Position numbers and translations under genes: made by a program
The notes under the pieces: model-generated
Databases searched by the model: none
The model's input: only the letters and a program-made list of their open reading frames with translations
What the model was told of the DNA's origin: nothing
Shown here: in pieces, positions 23,474 through 35,228 of the stretch
Numbering within the stretch: the first letter of the stretch is position 1
How the letters are laid out: each line of letters begins with the position of its first letter
Assembly: GCF_028641065.1 (NCBI RefSeq)
Contig: NC_073404.1
Location: 13,454,001 to 13,518,000, forward strand
Direction of reading: 5' to 3'
Source of the DNA: Leucoraja erinacea
Taxonomy: Eukaryota
Length of the DNA: 64,000 bases

Positions 23474-26382
23474 ATGTTACTGTTAGCCACCCTCTGAAAC
23501 CTGTTGGAGTGCCAATGCCCCGAATGCACTGCGATGTCTGGAGCCGTGTTTTACCTGTGAGGAGATTACTGCAGTTCCCAGGCCCTGCCACAGGGAGTCA
23601 GTGATGTGCTGTTGATGGAATGTGTACTGCTGGAACCTGGGCTGTGACTCATAGTAACCACAGTCCTTCCCACGATGTGCTCCCTTTCCAGATACTCCTT
23701 TCCTTCTTCAGGCTGTTCCTCGCCTGGTGTAGTTCCAGGGAGTGGGAAGTGGGTGTGTGCTGCTTGACTTTATTGCCTAACGTACAGGCTTGGGAATGCT
23801 GGTGTTTGTGTCTGTAACAGGGGCCCAAGGCCACGCACATGCAGGGCTGTCTGTCTGTGTGTCAGCAGGGAGTGTACGAGGTGACACGAGTGAGAGAGGG
23901 GACGGGCACAGAGTACAGTGTGGCAGTGAAGAGAATTAAACCATGACCCATTCAGTGGTTGGGTTATGTCCGAGCTGATCTCTGCATGCCACAAAGCAGC
24001 ATCCAGGGGGAGAGGGAGTGGGAATCCCATTCATACACCTAGCCTGGAGACTGTCCTGTCGGTCTCCAGCCACAGTGAAAACTCTTTTCCAGAACTCCGA
24101 GTTGTGCCCACTTCCTGCCCACATGACCCGTGCCCCGTGTGGTCTGGACTGGGTTTCACTGTCTGGTGCCACGCCCGTCCATTCAGAGCCCCAGTGATTG
24201 CACTGTGGATGGCAAGGGGTGAGTGCAGTGAGCTGTTCTCGCCCTCTGTGGCCAGTGCCAGGCTGGGAGGAACAGCTTCTCTGCGAAGGGGCAATGAGCC
24301 TGCCCTGCACAGCAGGTGAAGGTGGGCGGGAAGGTTGGGCTAAACGTGTTGCCCTGACAGAACAAGCATTGCTTTGGCTGGAACGTCAAGTGTGCCCAAA
24401 CTGCTGAATGTTCCGGAACTCGCTTCAGTATTGGCCGTTAAACAGTATGATGACACCTCCTAATGTCAAGGGTGCTGCACGTCTCACACACCCTCACACC
24501 ACTGCATGCTGTGCATGTCCAACCCCTGTGTCTAAACTCAGTTTCTGAGCACCCCATCATCTGCACAAACTAAGCAGAGTGTTGTGATACAGGATCAGGC
24601 CCTTTGGCCCACCGGGTCCATTCTGGCCACCATGTGCAGATTACACGGATCCTGTATTTGCCCCCATTCTATTCCTCCCGCATCTCACCAACTCCCCCAG
24701 ATGTCCTGCGCACACACCAGGGGCATCTTACAGGGCCGATTTACTCATCCATCCACATGGTTTTTGGGATGTGGGAAGGTAAATCAGAGCAGCTGGGAGG
24801 AAGAAGGGGGGGGGGGGCTGAAGAGGGGAACAGCCAAGTGATCACAGGGAAAACACGGAACAACACACGAACAGGCCCTTCGGCCCACTATGTCCGTGCT
24901 GAACATGGCACCAGGTTAAACCGATATCAGGCCGGCACAATCCAGGTCCTAAAAATGCTGATGGTGAAGGGATTGGGAAGAGCATTGGGGTTTGCGGGAC
25001 AAGATAGGCGAACAGGGTTTGCCTTTGCACAGTTAGTAAAGGGACAAGGTCGGTTCACGATGATCTGTACGGAAAGCACGGGTTGAGCAATGACTGGAAC
25101 GCACCTACTTATAACGTTACTGGAGGAGTGTGATCTGCCAGAGGAGCCGTGCTGTCAGCACCATTCCCCCCACCACCGGGCTCTCGCACGCACACGCACA
25201 CACGCCCTTCAATGCCACTTGGTTCTTTTGCCAGCGCCAACACTCGGGACAACTCGAGGTCCACAGGCGCAGGTCGTACACAGCCCGGGGGCAGCAGCAC
25301 AAACCTCTGCAGGGGTGGCAGTCTGTGTTGGAGGATTGGCCGATCTGAACCCGGCACCGCCCTGCACAGTCCCAGGAGAGCCATTCAGCCTAACGGGCCG
25401 AGGTTTCATATTCTCTTTGTTGCAGAAGCAGGGCCAGTTTAAGAGCCGCAGTGACCCAGAGCTGGCCCCTGGCTGGCAGCTTGGAAACACCCTGACGTAA
25501 ACAATTAAACTCAGCCTGACCTGTCTGAGCCTCCGTGCGATGCCAAATAAACTGCCTGGCCTCGATCACCTTACTTGCTGTCAGCAAAGGGAGGAAAATA
25601 TGAAAGTAATCAGTAATTATTTTGGGAGCCAGCGTTACCAGACTAGATGCCAGCTGACATCGATTCAAGCACACAGGCCCTCGCTTAAGTGAAGCTCGCA
25701 ACATGTACTGAGTAACTGAAGAAGCGAAAAGTCACGGATCAAACAGGGCAAAGGGAGGGAAAGAGAATGAGCTGGAAGGGAGAATTACAGATGGTGGACA
25801 TCTGAAATAAGAACAAATTGCGGGTGAGGGTCGATATGTGCAGCAGTGGCAGAGAGGGAGGAGGTGAAGCCCGATGAAGCTGCCTTCAGTGAGGGTTAGA
25901 ACACAGAGGAAAGCGCTGTCTTAGCAGCTGGCAGAGCTGCTGCCTCACAACACCCGAGACCCGGGTTCGATCCTGAACTCGGGTGCTTTCAGTGTGGAGT
26001 TTGTCCGTTCTCCTTTGACCGTGTGTGACCCTTTCACTGGGAACATCTACAGTGGCAGTGACTTTGCATTTGCTCACGTTTCCGTACATGATAGAAGGCC
26101 ATTCGGCCCGTTGAGCCTGTGTCAACTCCCAGAGCAATCACATTCCCTTGCCAACTTCTGTGTAGTCTTTCTCAATTGCCCGGGTTCGCTTTGAAATTTT
26201 CCCCTCTCACAATAAACATGAGTTCTTTAGTTTTGGACTCTCCTACCCAGGGACAAAGACTGGCCATCCGATTTTATGATCCTGTCTTCAAGAAGGAGCT
26301 GCAGATGCTGGAAAATCGAAGGTACACAAAAATGCTGGAGAAACTCAACCGGTGCAGCAGCATCTATGGAGTGAAGGAAATA

Positions 26383-26416
26383 GGTAACGTTTCGGGCCAA
26401 AACCCTTCTTCAGACT
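26383..26416 (-). ncRNA. minimal type I hammerhead ribozyme motif (Penelope-associated)
   Basis: Reverse complement agt CTGAAGA a GGGTT-TT-GGCCC GAAAC GTT acc. Confidence 0.65.
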
Positions 26417-26782
26417 GATAGGGGGTGGCGGGGAGAAGGAAGGAAAAATGGAGGACGAGGAGCCCGAGGGCTGGGGGATGGGAGGAGAAAGCTCGAGTGC
26501 TGGGGAAGGGGAGGAGAGCAAGGGCTAACAAAATTAGGAGAATTCAATGTTCATGCCCGACGGATGCAGGCTTCCCAAGCGGAATATGAGGTGCTGTTCC
26601 TCCAATTTCCGGTGTTGCTCACTCTGGCAATGGAGGAGACCCAGGACAGCTGTCTCCTCTCCTTCCATAGCCCTCGAGCTGTCTCCTCCCCTTCCCTAGC
26701 CCTCAAGCTGTCTCCTCCCATCCCCCAGCCCTCGGGCTCCTCCTCCTCCTTTTTTCCTTCCTTCTCCCCGCCACCCCCTATC

Positions 26783-26816
26783 AGTCTGAAGAAGGGTTTC
26801 GGCCCGAAACGTTACC
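26783..26816 (+). ncRNA. minimal type I hammerhead ribozyme motif (Penelope-associated)
   Basis: agt CTGAAGA a GGGTT-TC-GGCCC GAAAC GTT acc. Confidence 0.65.
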
Positions 26817-27039
26817 TATTTCCTTCGCTCCATAGATGCTGCTGCACCCGCTGAGTTTCTCCAGCATTTTTGTGTACCTTATGATCCTGTCTGTTGCCTA
26901 ATCCCTGGTTCATGTCATTACATTACAAACCGCCCCAAACCTGGGAGCCTGAATTCAGTGTCATAATCCCCTTGGTAAGTACATTACAAATACATTGCAT
27001 CTACTGGTTTCCCAATCTACCTATACAGTTAGATTCACA

Positions 27040-27620
27040 GTTTTTGATATTGGTTTAATATTGTCATGTGGACTGAGATACAATTAACATTTTTTTTTGC
27101 ATGCTATTTAGTCGAATCATATCATACATGAGTCCAATCAAGCGATACACAAGGACAACAAGTAGTGCAGAGAGAAAAATACCAGAGGTCAAATATAGTA
27201 TTACAACATTGTGTCATTACAGTTACAAAGGAATAGTGCAAGATCCACAATGAAGTGGGTTGGAAGATTGAGACAACACCCTAGCTATTGGGAGAAGTCA
27301 GATAACAGCGGGAAAGAAGCTTTTCCTGAATCTGCTAGTATGTGGTTTCAATCTTCTGCCCAATGTGAGAGGGGAGAAGAGGGAATGACTGGGGTGGAAG
27401 TGGTCTTTAATTATGTTGGCTGCTTTCCCATGGCAGTGTGAAGTGTAGATGGAGTTGATGGCAGGGAGGCAGGTTTGTGTGATGGAATGGATGCATCTGC
27501 ACTCCCTGCAATTTCTTGCAGTCCCTGAGCAGAACAGTTGCCAAACCAAGCTGTGATGCATCCCAATGGTATGTTTTCTTTGGTACATCTGTAGAAGTTG
27601 GTAAGAGTTGCCATACTCCC
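27040..27620 (-). mobile_element. Rex1-type LINE 3' fragment, degenerate
   Basis: Reverse-strand LTNFYRCTKENIPLGCITAWFGNC and FSPL..GRR...TSRFRKSFFPAVI. Confidence 0.75.
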
Positions 27621-29565
27621 TTGGTCTTTGGGGGAAGTAGATGCTTTGTTGGCCTTAGCTTAATGTGGTTTTATGGTGAATTATGGAGTCAACTTTTCTT
27701 GCGATACAGAGAACATGCTGAATAGAAGGCTTTGTCCTGTCCCTCCTCTTTCCCAGCTTTTCCCACGTCCACCACAATCAGTCTGAAGAAGGGTCCCAAC
27801 CTGAAACATCACCTATTCATGTTCTCCAGAGATGCTGCCTGGCCTGCTGAGTTACTCCAGCACTTTATAACTTTTTTTTAGTAAACCAGCATCTGCAGTC
27901 CCTTGTGTCTACAATTATAAGGAGACAAATCTGGATTGTTTTCTCTGAGGCACCAGAGGTTGAAGTATATAGAAGTATATAAAATTATGAAAGGCATAGA
28001 TAGGATAGGCAGCTAGAACCTTTTACCTGCGTTAGGGTTAGGACTAGAGGACAACTTTAAAGTGAAAGTTTAAAGGAGATGTGCAGGACAAGTTTTTGAT
28101 GCAGAGAATGATGGATGCCTGGAACACACTGCAAGGGGTGGTGGTGAAGGTGGACATGATGGGAGTGTTTAAAAAGCTTTTGGATAGGCACATGGATATG
28201 TAGGGAATGGAGTGATGTGGATCACAGGGGAGATTAGTTTAACTCGGCATCATGTTCAGCACGGATCTTGTGGGCCGAAGGGCCTGACCCTGTGCTGTAC
28301 TGTTCTATGTATGCTCTCCAGATGATGAGGATTTTGTGATAGAGAGCATAATTATTTGAGCGGTTGCTGGAAAATTTGACAATGAGTGTTAAACAGGCTA
28401 TAACTAACTTTGTTGGAGTAACCCAGTGTCCCTGTACTATGAACGCCCACGCAGGGAGAACGATCTTTTACCTCCTCACTCTGGCAATGAATGGGTGAAA
28501 CGATGCACAGGATCTCCCAGGAATGGCCGTACACCTGAGACTTGTCCAATACCCGGTGCGCTGCCTCGAGCTGCATCGGCCCCGGTGTACTCCCCGAGGC
28601 CCCAGCATTCGGAATCAATGACAGCATCTGACGGCCAGTGCATTTTGCAAATGGAAAAGTTGGAATTGTTTCCAAGGGCTGTCCGGCAATCCATTACCAA
28701 AGTGTTGCATTGTCTGAAACAGGAGTTTCTGCTAAAACAATTTGCCTGGACCAGTTCTACGCACTGGCATAAGTTTACTAGCTCTGAGAAGAAGTGTGAT
28801 TGGATTTCTGTGACAAGCATAACAAAGCCAGATGCCTCTTGTTGGACTCCAGCCATCATATTTGTGAACTTCACTCCTGGGATGTCAGGCCCATTGTTTT
28901 AATTCTGTTTGTCAGTCTGGGGGAGGAGGGGAGTTAGATGTTTGAGATACCACGGCTAGAAGACAACCAGGGGAGTTCTCCCGGTGTCCCGGCCAACAGT
29001 TATCCATCAACTTACACCATCAGAATGAAAACTAACAAGCTGTCCATCTTCTTGTTATTTGTGGGGTTGCGAGAGGTGCAGTAACTGTGCTGCGAGCCCA
29101 GAGCAGGCTGACTGTTAAAGTCGCACCTTGTGGGTCAGGCACCGACAGGCCTGGAGCAGTTCCTCAGCAGGGGAAGAACTTCAAAAACTTAGCAACAAAG
29201 TTTAACACCTTCATTACTCCGAAAACTCCATCAACCAGGAACCTTAATATGCAATGCCCACGCTCAGAGAATGAGTATTCTAGGTGTGAATTGTGCCAAT
29301 GACTCTCAGTGCCTGCCTGATACTAGTTATTGTAGTGAGCTTTCTCCTGATGAGGGGCTGATTGGCTATTGAAGGTACTCCTCGGGTCTGGAGCCATCTC
29401 GAGATGACCAGATTGTATAGACGAGGTTTGAGTGTTAGCACAACTTGCCCATTGTTGTGAGAACTACAGACTGTCCGGCATTGCCCATCGACTGAGAACT
29501 ATAAATGCATCAATGTGTGACCAAAGCTCAAGGGGAGGACACCACAAGACTCAATGGACCGAATA

Positions 29566-30750
29566 GACATCTAGGGCAGCGGATGCAGTAGATGAGGTTG
29601 GAGGAGATACAGGTGAACCTTTGTCGCACCTGGAACGACTGCTTGGGTCCTTGAATGGAGTCGAGGGGGGAGGTGAAGGAACAGGTGTTGCATTTCTTGC
29701 GGTTGCAACGGAAAGTGCCTGGGGAGGGGGTGGTACGAGAGGGAAGGGAAGAATTGACAAGGGTGTTGCGGAGGGAGCGGTCTTTGCGGAAGGCGGACAT
29801 AGGGGGAGATGGGAAGATGTGGCGAGTGGTGGGGTCATGTTGGACCCCACCATTCCCCCCCCCAAATGCACTGCCATTATCAACCGCCTCAACTTCTCCA
29901 CTCCCGTCTCACTCCAATCTCTCGCCCCCTGAACGCACTGCCATTGAATCACTCCGCAAAAACCCAGATTGGGTTATCAAACAACGTGACCCCACCACTC
30001 GCCACATCTTCCCACCTCCCCCTATGTCTGCCTTCCGCAAAGACCGCTCCCTCCACAACTCCCTTGTCAATTCTTCCCTTCTCTCCCGTACCACCCCCTC
30101 CCCGGGCACTTTCCATTGCAACCGCAAGAAATGCAACACCTGTCCCTTCACCTCCCCCCTCGACTCCATTCAAGGACCCAAGCAGTCGTTCCAGGTGCGA
30201 CAAAGGTTCACCTGTATCTCCTCCAACCTCATCTACTGCCTCCGCTGCTCTAGATGTCAGCTGATTTACATCTGGGGAGACTAAGCGGAGGTTGGGCGAT
30301 CATTTCGCTGAACACCTCCGCTCAGTTCGCAATAACCCGGTGGCTCAGCGTTTCAACTCCCCCTCCCATTCCCAATCCGACCTCTCTGTCCTGGGTCTCC
30401 TCCATTGCCAGAGTGAGCAACACCGGAAATTGGAGGAACAGCACCTCATATTCCGCCTGGGTTGCTTGCGTCCGGATGGCATGAACGTTGAATTCTCCCA
30501 GTTTTGCTAGCCCTTGCTGTCTCCTCCCCTTCCTTAACCCTCGAGCTGTCTCCTCCCATCCCCCCGCCCTCGGGCTCCTCCTCCTCCCTTTTTCCTTCCT
30601 TCTCTCCCCCCCCCCCCATCAGTCTGAAGAAGGGTTTTGGCCCGAAACGTCGCCTATTTCCTTAGCTCCATAGATGCTGCTGCACCCGCTGAGTTTCTCC
30701 AGCATTTTTGTGTACCTTCGATCTTCCAGCATCTGCAGTTCCTTCTTGAG
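29566..30750 (+). mobile_element. Penelope-like retroelement 3' part with an inverted upstream duplicate
   Basis: GIY-YIG region [35 protein letters not shown]...RKLEEQHLIFRLG; 29566-29842 is an inverted copy of 29982-30258. Confidence 0.9.
30621..30654 (+). ncRNA. minimal type I hammerhead ribozyme motif with GUC cleavage triplet
   Basis: agt CTGAAGA a GGGTT-TT-GGCCC GAAAC GTC gcc at the 3' end of a Penelope element. Confidence 0.68.
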
Positions 30751-33284
30751 GACTAATTTGGCTCCTGTGTCTTATGAAGAGTTGGCAACCCCCTTTTCAG
30801 GGTTGATGTGGTGGGTGAACTTGTCTACTGACTTTTGTTGGGGTGAGGGTTCTGCTGCTTTAACAATAGCAGCATCTTCAGCAGGGAACGGTGATCCACT
30901 CCCGAGTTGACTGGATGCCCAGGAATGGATCTCCAGTGTTATCTGAGCCTCTGGGCCAAGGGAGGACGGAGCTGGCTGGGCACAGTAATCGCGGAGCCTC
31001 TGCCACGTCAGCTGATCAGCCCCAGCACAGCAATTCCTGATGGAAGTACTTTGCCAGAGACCTGCCATTCAATCCAGATGGTGTTAAGAGGCCACGAGTG
31101 AATTCATGTCTGAAAGGCAATATCGTGATGTGTCAGACGCTCGCGTAGGAACAAGTGTAGAATTCTCCCAATTATCCAACTCTGCTTCTAATTTCCAGGC
31201 TGATCTCCCCACGGCGTTTCCTTTAACTTCGTGGCTGTCAAACAAATGTGACCACCAGCTGTTTCCTGAGTGGTGAGGTTAAGTATCAGAGTGCTGTGGT
31301 CTCCGAGTGTCCTTGGAACATTAGCTTCCCTGTAACCCTACCCACAGAAACATTGGCCATAAAGTCAAGAGGAGTTCACTGTGGACTGTGTGTGCCTACG
31401 GATGACCAGTGGGGGAGAAGCTTCACATCCTCCCAGGACACCTGGGACATGGTGACGTGGCTTGACCAGCAGAAGAGGAGTGGAACTCCTGCAAGGGCTC
31501 GGTCTATGTCGGAACAATATTGAACGTTCTCCTGCCTGACTAACAGTGAGGTCACGGAGCGAAGGTGTGCAGCGCTTTGCTTGATTCATGACTGCTCGAC
31601 ATCAAATGGACAGTCAGTGATCTGATGAAAATTCCCAGCGCACTTCTACAGTCACACAGGAATGACCCAAGCAAGGGCCCAAGTTGCTCTGCGATGTCCC
31701 TCACTTCGCGATTCACTGTTTTTCAGGGTTGCAATAATGTGCACCAAACCACAAGTAACTGGCTCTCGAATCAACTAATAGCTGCAACCATTGCCAATAG
31801 AAGCAGATACAATTATGACTTTTAAAGATATTTGGATATCTTGTTGTGGGCAGAGCACCAAGGCAAATTCCTTGTATGTGAATACTTGGCCAATAAACTT
31901 ACTTACTTATATATATGGATGGGAAGGGTTTAGAATGCCGTGGGCCAAGTGGGACTAGCCCAGTATGCCAACTTGGTTGGCATAGACAAGGTGGGCCAAA
32001 GGACTCTTTCCGTGCTGTACATTCACCACTCACTGGTGAAAAAGGTTGCATACATCCCTACCCTGCTTGGCCCTGTTTTATAATTGTGACCCCTGGTTCC
32101 AGACACCTCAACGAACTCCACATCTACCCTGTTGAGCCCCGGAGGAAATTATCTATTTTAATGGATCACTTCATATTCTGAACTTGCAGCCTAGGTCCAG
32201 TCTGTTTAACCTCCCCGACCCCACTTTGTGATAAAGTCACCACTCCAGCAAGCAGTCCAGGGAACCTTTACTGTGCTCCCTCATTAACAAATCTACCCTT
32301 CCTTCCAGAGAGCAGACCAGTAAATAATATTTCAGATATAGTTTTGCCAGAGTGTACATAGTTTGTGCCAAAACATCTCTATTCTTGAACAAAAAATATT
32401 TTACAATAGAAGTCAACATACTATTTCGTTCACAATCACTTGTTGTACCTGCATTTTAACTTTAGGTGACTGGTGCAGAAGGATGTCCAGGTTCCTGTGA
32501 AAACCAACACGCCTATTTCCTTCGCTCCATAGATGCTGCTGCACCCGCTGAGTTTCTCCAGCATTTTTGCGTACCTTCGATCTTCCAGCATCTGCAGTTC
32601 CTTCTTGAACACCATTCAATCCCTTTCCGTTTTGTCTGCAAAAGTATCTGACCTCGCATCTATGCGTGTTTCATTTCATCTGCGTGTCTGCACCTTCCCT
32701 GGAGCCCTTCTCCATTCTCCTCACAACCCACATTGCTACCTCACATGTGTCATTGGATATATTACATAGAACATGAGATAATGCAGCACAGGAACAGGCC
32801 CTTCGGCTCACATGCTTATTCATCCCAATTTAATTTTCTAAGTGTTCTTAACAACGGATTCCTGCTGTAGGATTATCAAATCAAGTCAGGAGTATGTAAT
32901 TGTCATAAGTGCCAGCCACGGAACAATGCAATTCTTACTTGTTGCAGATTAACAGGCCCATTAACACAATAACATAAAACATATATAAAATAATCAATAA
33001 TTATTGCAGCATTGTCGGTTTTTATTTCAGAGTTACAATGTGGATTAGGTGTAACTACAACTCTCAAGACATGGTTTCACATTGATGAATATAAAACACG
33101 GCATTCAAGTGCCTCTGGTGTTCACATCCCATCGCACAGTCCTGGTCTCAGGAGCACTGCAGCTGCCGCTTGCAGTAACATGCTCCACCAGACAGAGGAG
33201 CTGCAGCCCAATATTGCAACTTGCTGCCAACAGCTGTGGTGCACAGTAGGTGCTCTGCAGCATCACACTGATTGCAGAATGGGT

Positions 33285-33900
33285 CCCGCCCTATCCTTGC
33301 AAACCACTTCCTCTGCAATCGTTGCATCTCTCCCTATCTCTTCAATCCCCTCCCTACTGCAACCCCTACATCTCTCCCCTCCGGCCCGTCACATTCCCTC
33401 TTGTAACACCCTCTGTAACACCCTCTGCCCGCGTCTTTCCTCCCTATCTCTATCACCCCCCTCCAAACCCTCCACCCTTCCCTATCTCTGTAAATCCCTC
33501 AGCCTCCTACATCCCTCCCTATATCTGTAACCCCCTCTGGTCCCAACATCCTTTCTCAGTATGCCCTCTTCGCTTCTACACCCTCCCTATCTCTTATCTC
33601 CTCCAGCCCCTACACTCTTCCCTACCCCTGTAACCCCCTCAGGCTGCTACACCCCTTCCTATCTCTGTAACACCCTCTGGCCCCAAGATCCCTCCCTAGC
33701 TCTGCAAACCCCTCCAGCCCTTAAACCCCTCCCTGTCTCTGTAGCCCATTCTAGCCACTGCATCCTACCTTGCCTCTGTAACCCGCTCCATATCTCTAAT
33801 CCCTCAAACCCCTACATCCACCCTACCTACCTCAGTAACCTTTCCAGCCTGACATCCTCCCTCATCTCTGTAACCCCTAAAGCCTCCAGTCTCTCCTGCC
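33285..33900. repeat. C-rich degenerate tandem repeat (approx. 34-bp ccctccctatctctgtaacccc units)
   Basis: Recurrent ctctgtaa(c)cc and ccctaca motifs. Confidence 0.7.
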
Positions 33901-33999
33901 TCCTTGTACACTGTCTGAACTACTGAGTATTTTGAGGAGAGGTGAGAAATAAACTTTTCACCAAGAGGATGGTGGTGTGTGGGTCACACGTGGACTATA

Positions 34000-35160
34000 C
34001 GTGGATCCAGCCCACTTTCTCAGGCAGTCCCTGGGGATGGAGGGTGACTTGCTTCCATTCTGGTTCTGTGGGCTCTGATGTGACTGATGAGGCCAATGTA
34101 AGTACTCTAGGTCCTTCCCCAGAAGGGGCAGCAGGGATTTGATGGGCCGAGTGGTGGGTGGGTATTGTGGGAGGTGGTGCGCAACGTTTATCACTGACGT
34201 GGGGGCTCTGTGCTCTCCCACTACATGGGCTTGAGGTTCTCAATCCCACCCTAAACGCTCCTCCTCCGCTGTGAGTGGTCGTAGACCGGAGGTTCCCAGA
34301 GTCAGCAGGGACGGTGCACTTCCTTACTGAGGCTTCCAGCACATCCTAGATTCCCTTTTCCTGCCCCTCTGGGAATCTCTTCCCAAGTCAGAGCTCGGAA
34401 TAGAGGGTCTGATTCTGGATTCTGGAGTCTAGGGTTGGGTGCAGAATGAACTGACTGAGTGTATCGAGACCTCCAGTCTAGGCCACTGACCTGGGAGAGG
34501 ACTGACCTGACACTGGTTCCCTTCTCCCAGTGAACCTGGGGGATTTTGCAGACACACCACTGGTGGGATCTCTCCAGTTACTTGTGGTGCTGCTGGTGGT
34601 GGTCCAGGTCTCAGCAACACACAGGAGGCCGGGATCACTGCTGCCCGATGAACCACGAGATTTGTCCCATGCTTGAGATCTTAATCCTCAAGTACACATT
34701 TCCTCGATCGATTGATGGGGGGATGCTGCCATATTGAAGGCATCAACTGTTATCAACAACATTCACTTTTGTCAGGAGGTGGCTCCAGGGCTAATGAGAA
34801 GTTGATCCACTTTTCCACCAACCTTAATTGTTGGAGGGCAGCAGAACAAGTTAATGGAGGACTTTGGTAGATGATGAGTACGTGGCGTATTCAATGTTGG
34901 CTTGGAGCTTGGCCTCTGAGTGTGTGCAAAAGTAAGTCTCATCTGTACACAGCAGGTTAATTACTGAGATGAACCTTGGTTCTGGAGTGCAGTCACCAGG
35001 GGTTGAACAGTTACCTATCAGTTCTGAAGGTCAGCTCCACTCCTGCAGGCTGGTTGTTGGAGATGTGGTTCAATATCGAGGTAGGAAGATTGGCCCCTTG
35101 AGGAGCTGTGACCTGCAGCTGCCGATGGAGGCTGGGGTCAGGCTATGCGACTGGTACGGA
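34000..35160 (-). mobile_element. degenerate RTE-clade LINE fragment
   Basis: Reverse strand near 34900-34990 reads LHSRTKV..VINLLCTDE..CTHSEAKLQ, a decayed version of the RTE RTKV..ELQYADD..AHSEAELQ block; boundaries approximate. Confidence 0.5.
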
Positions 35161-35228
35161 GATAGTGGGCCAAATGGCCTCACCATGCGTCATTAATTTC
35201 CCACCGCTTCAACTTGCAACATTTCTTA

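Larger units (their letters stand above)
26288..26878. mobile_element. non-autonomous Penelope-like insertion with inverted terminal repeats and 14-bp TSD
   Basis: TTATGATCCTGTCT at 26274-26287 and 26879-26892; inverted arms of approx. 200 bp; GIY-YIG C-terminal remnant between them on the minus strand. Confidence 0.88.

Noticed and set aside
28352-28902. Overlapping 158-aa (+) and 132-aa (-) ORFs in unique DNA
   Set aside because: No recognisable domain or convincing splice structure.
30772-31068. Minus-strand VKAAEPS resembling SRR VYAAEPS
   Set aside because: Match too short, flanks do not align, and no in-phase acceptor.
33012-33926. ORFs of 121-172 aa rich in P/S/L/C
   Set aside because: Translation of a C-rich tandem repeat.
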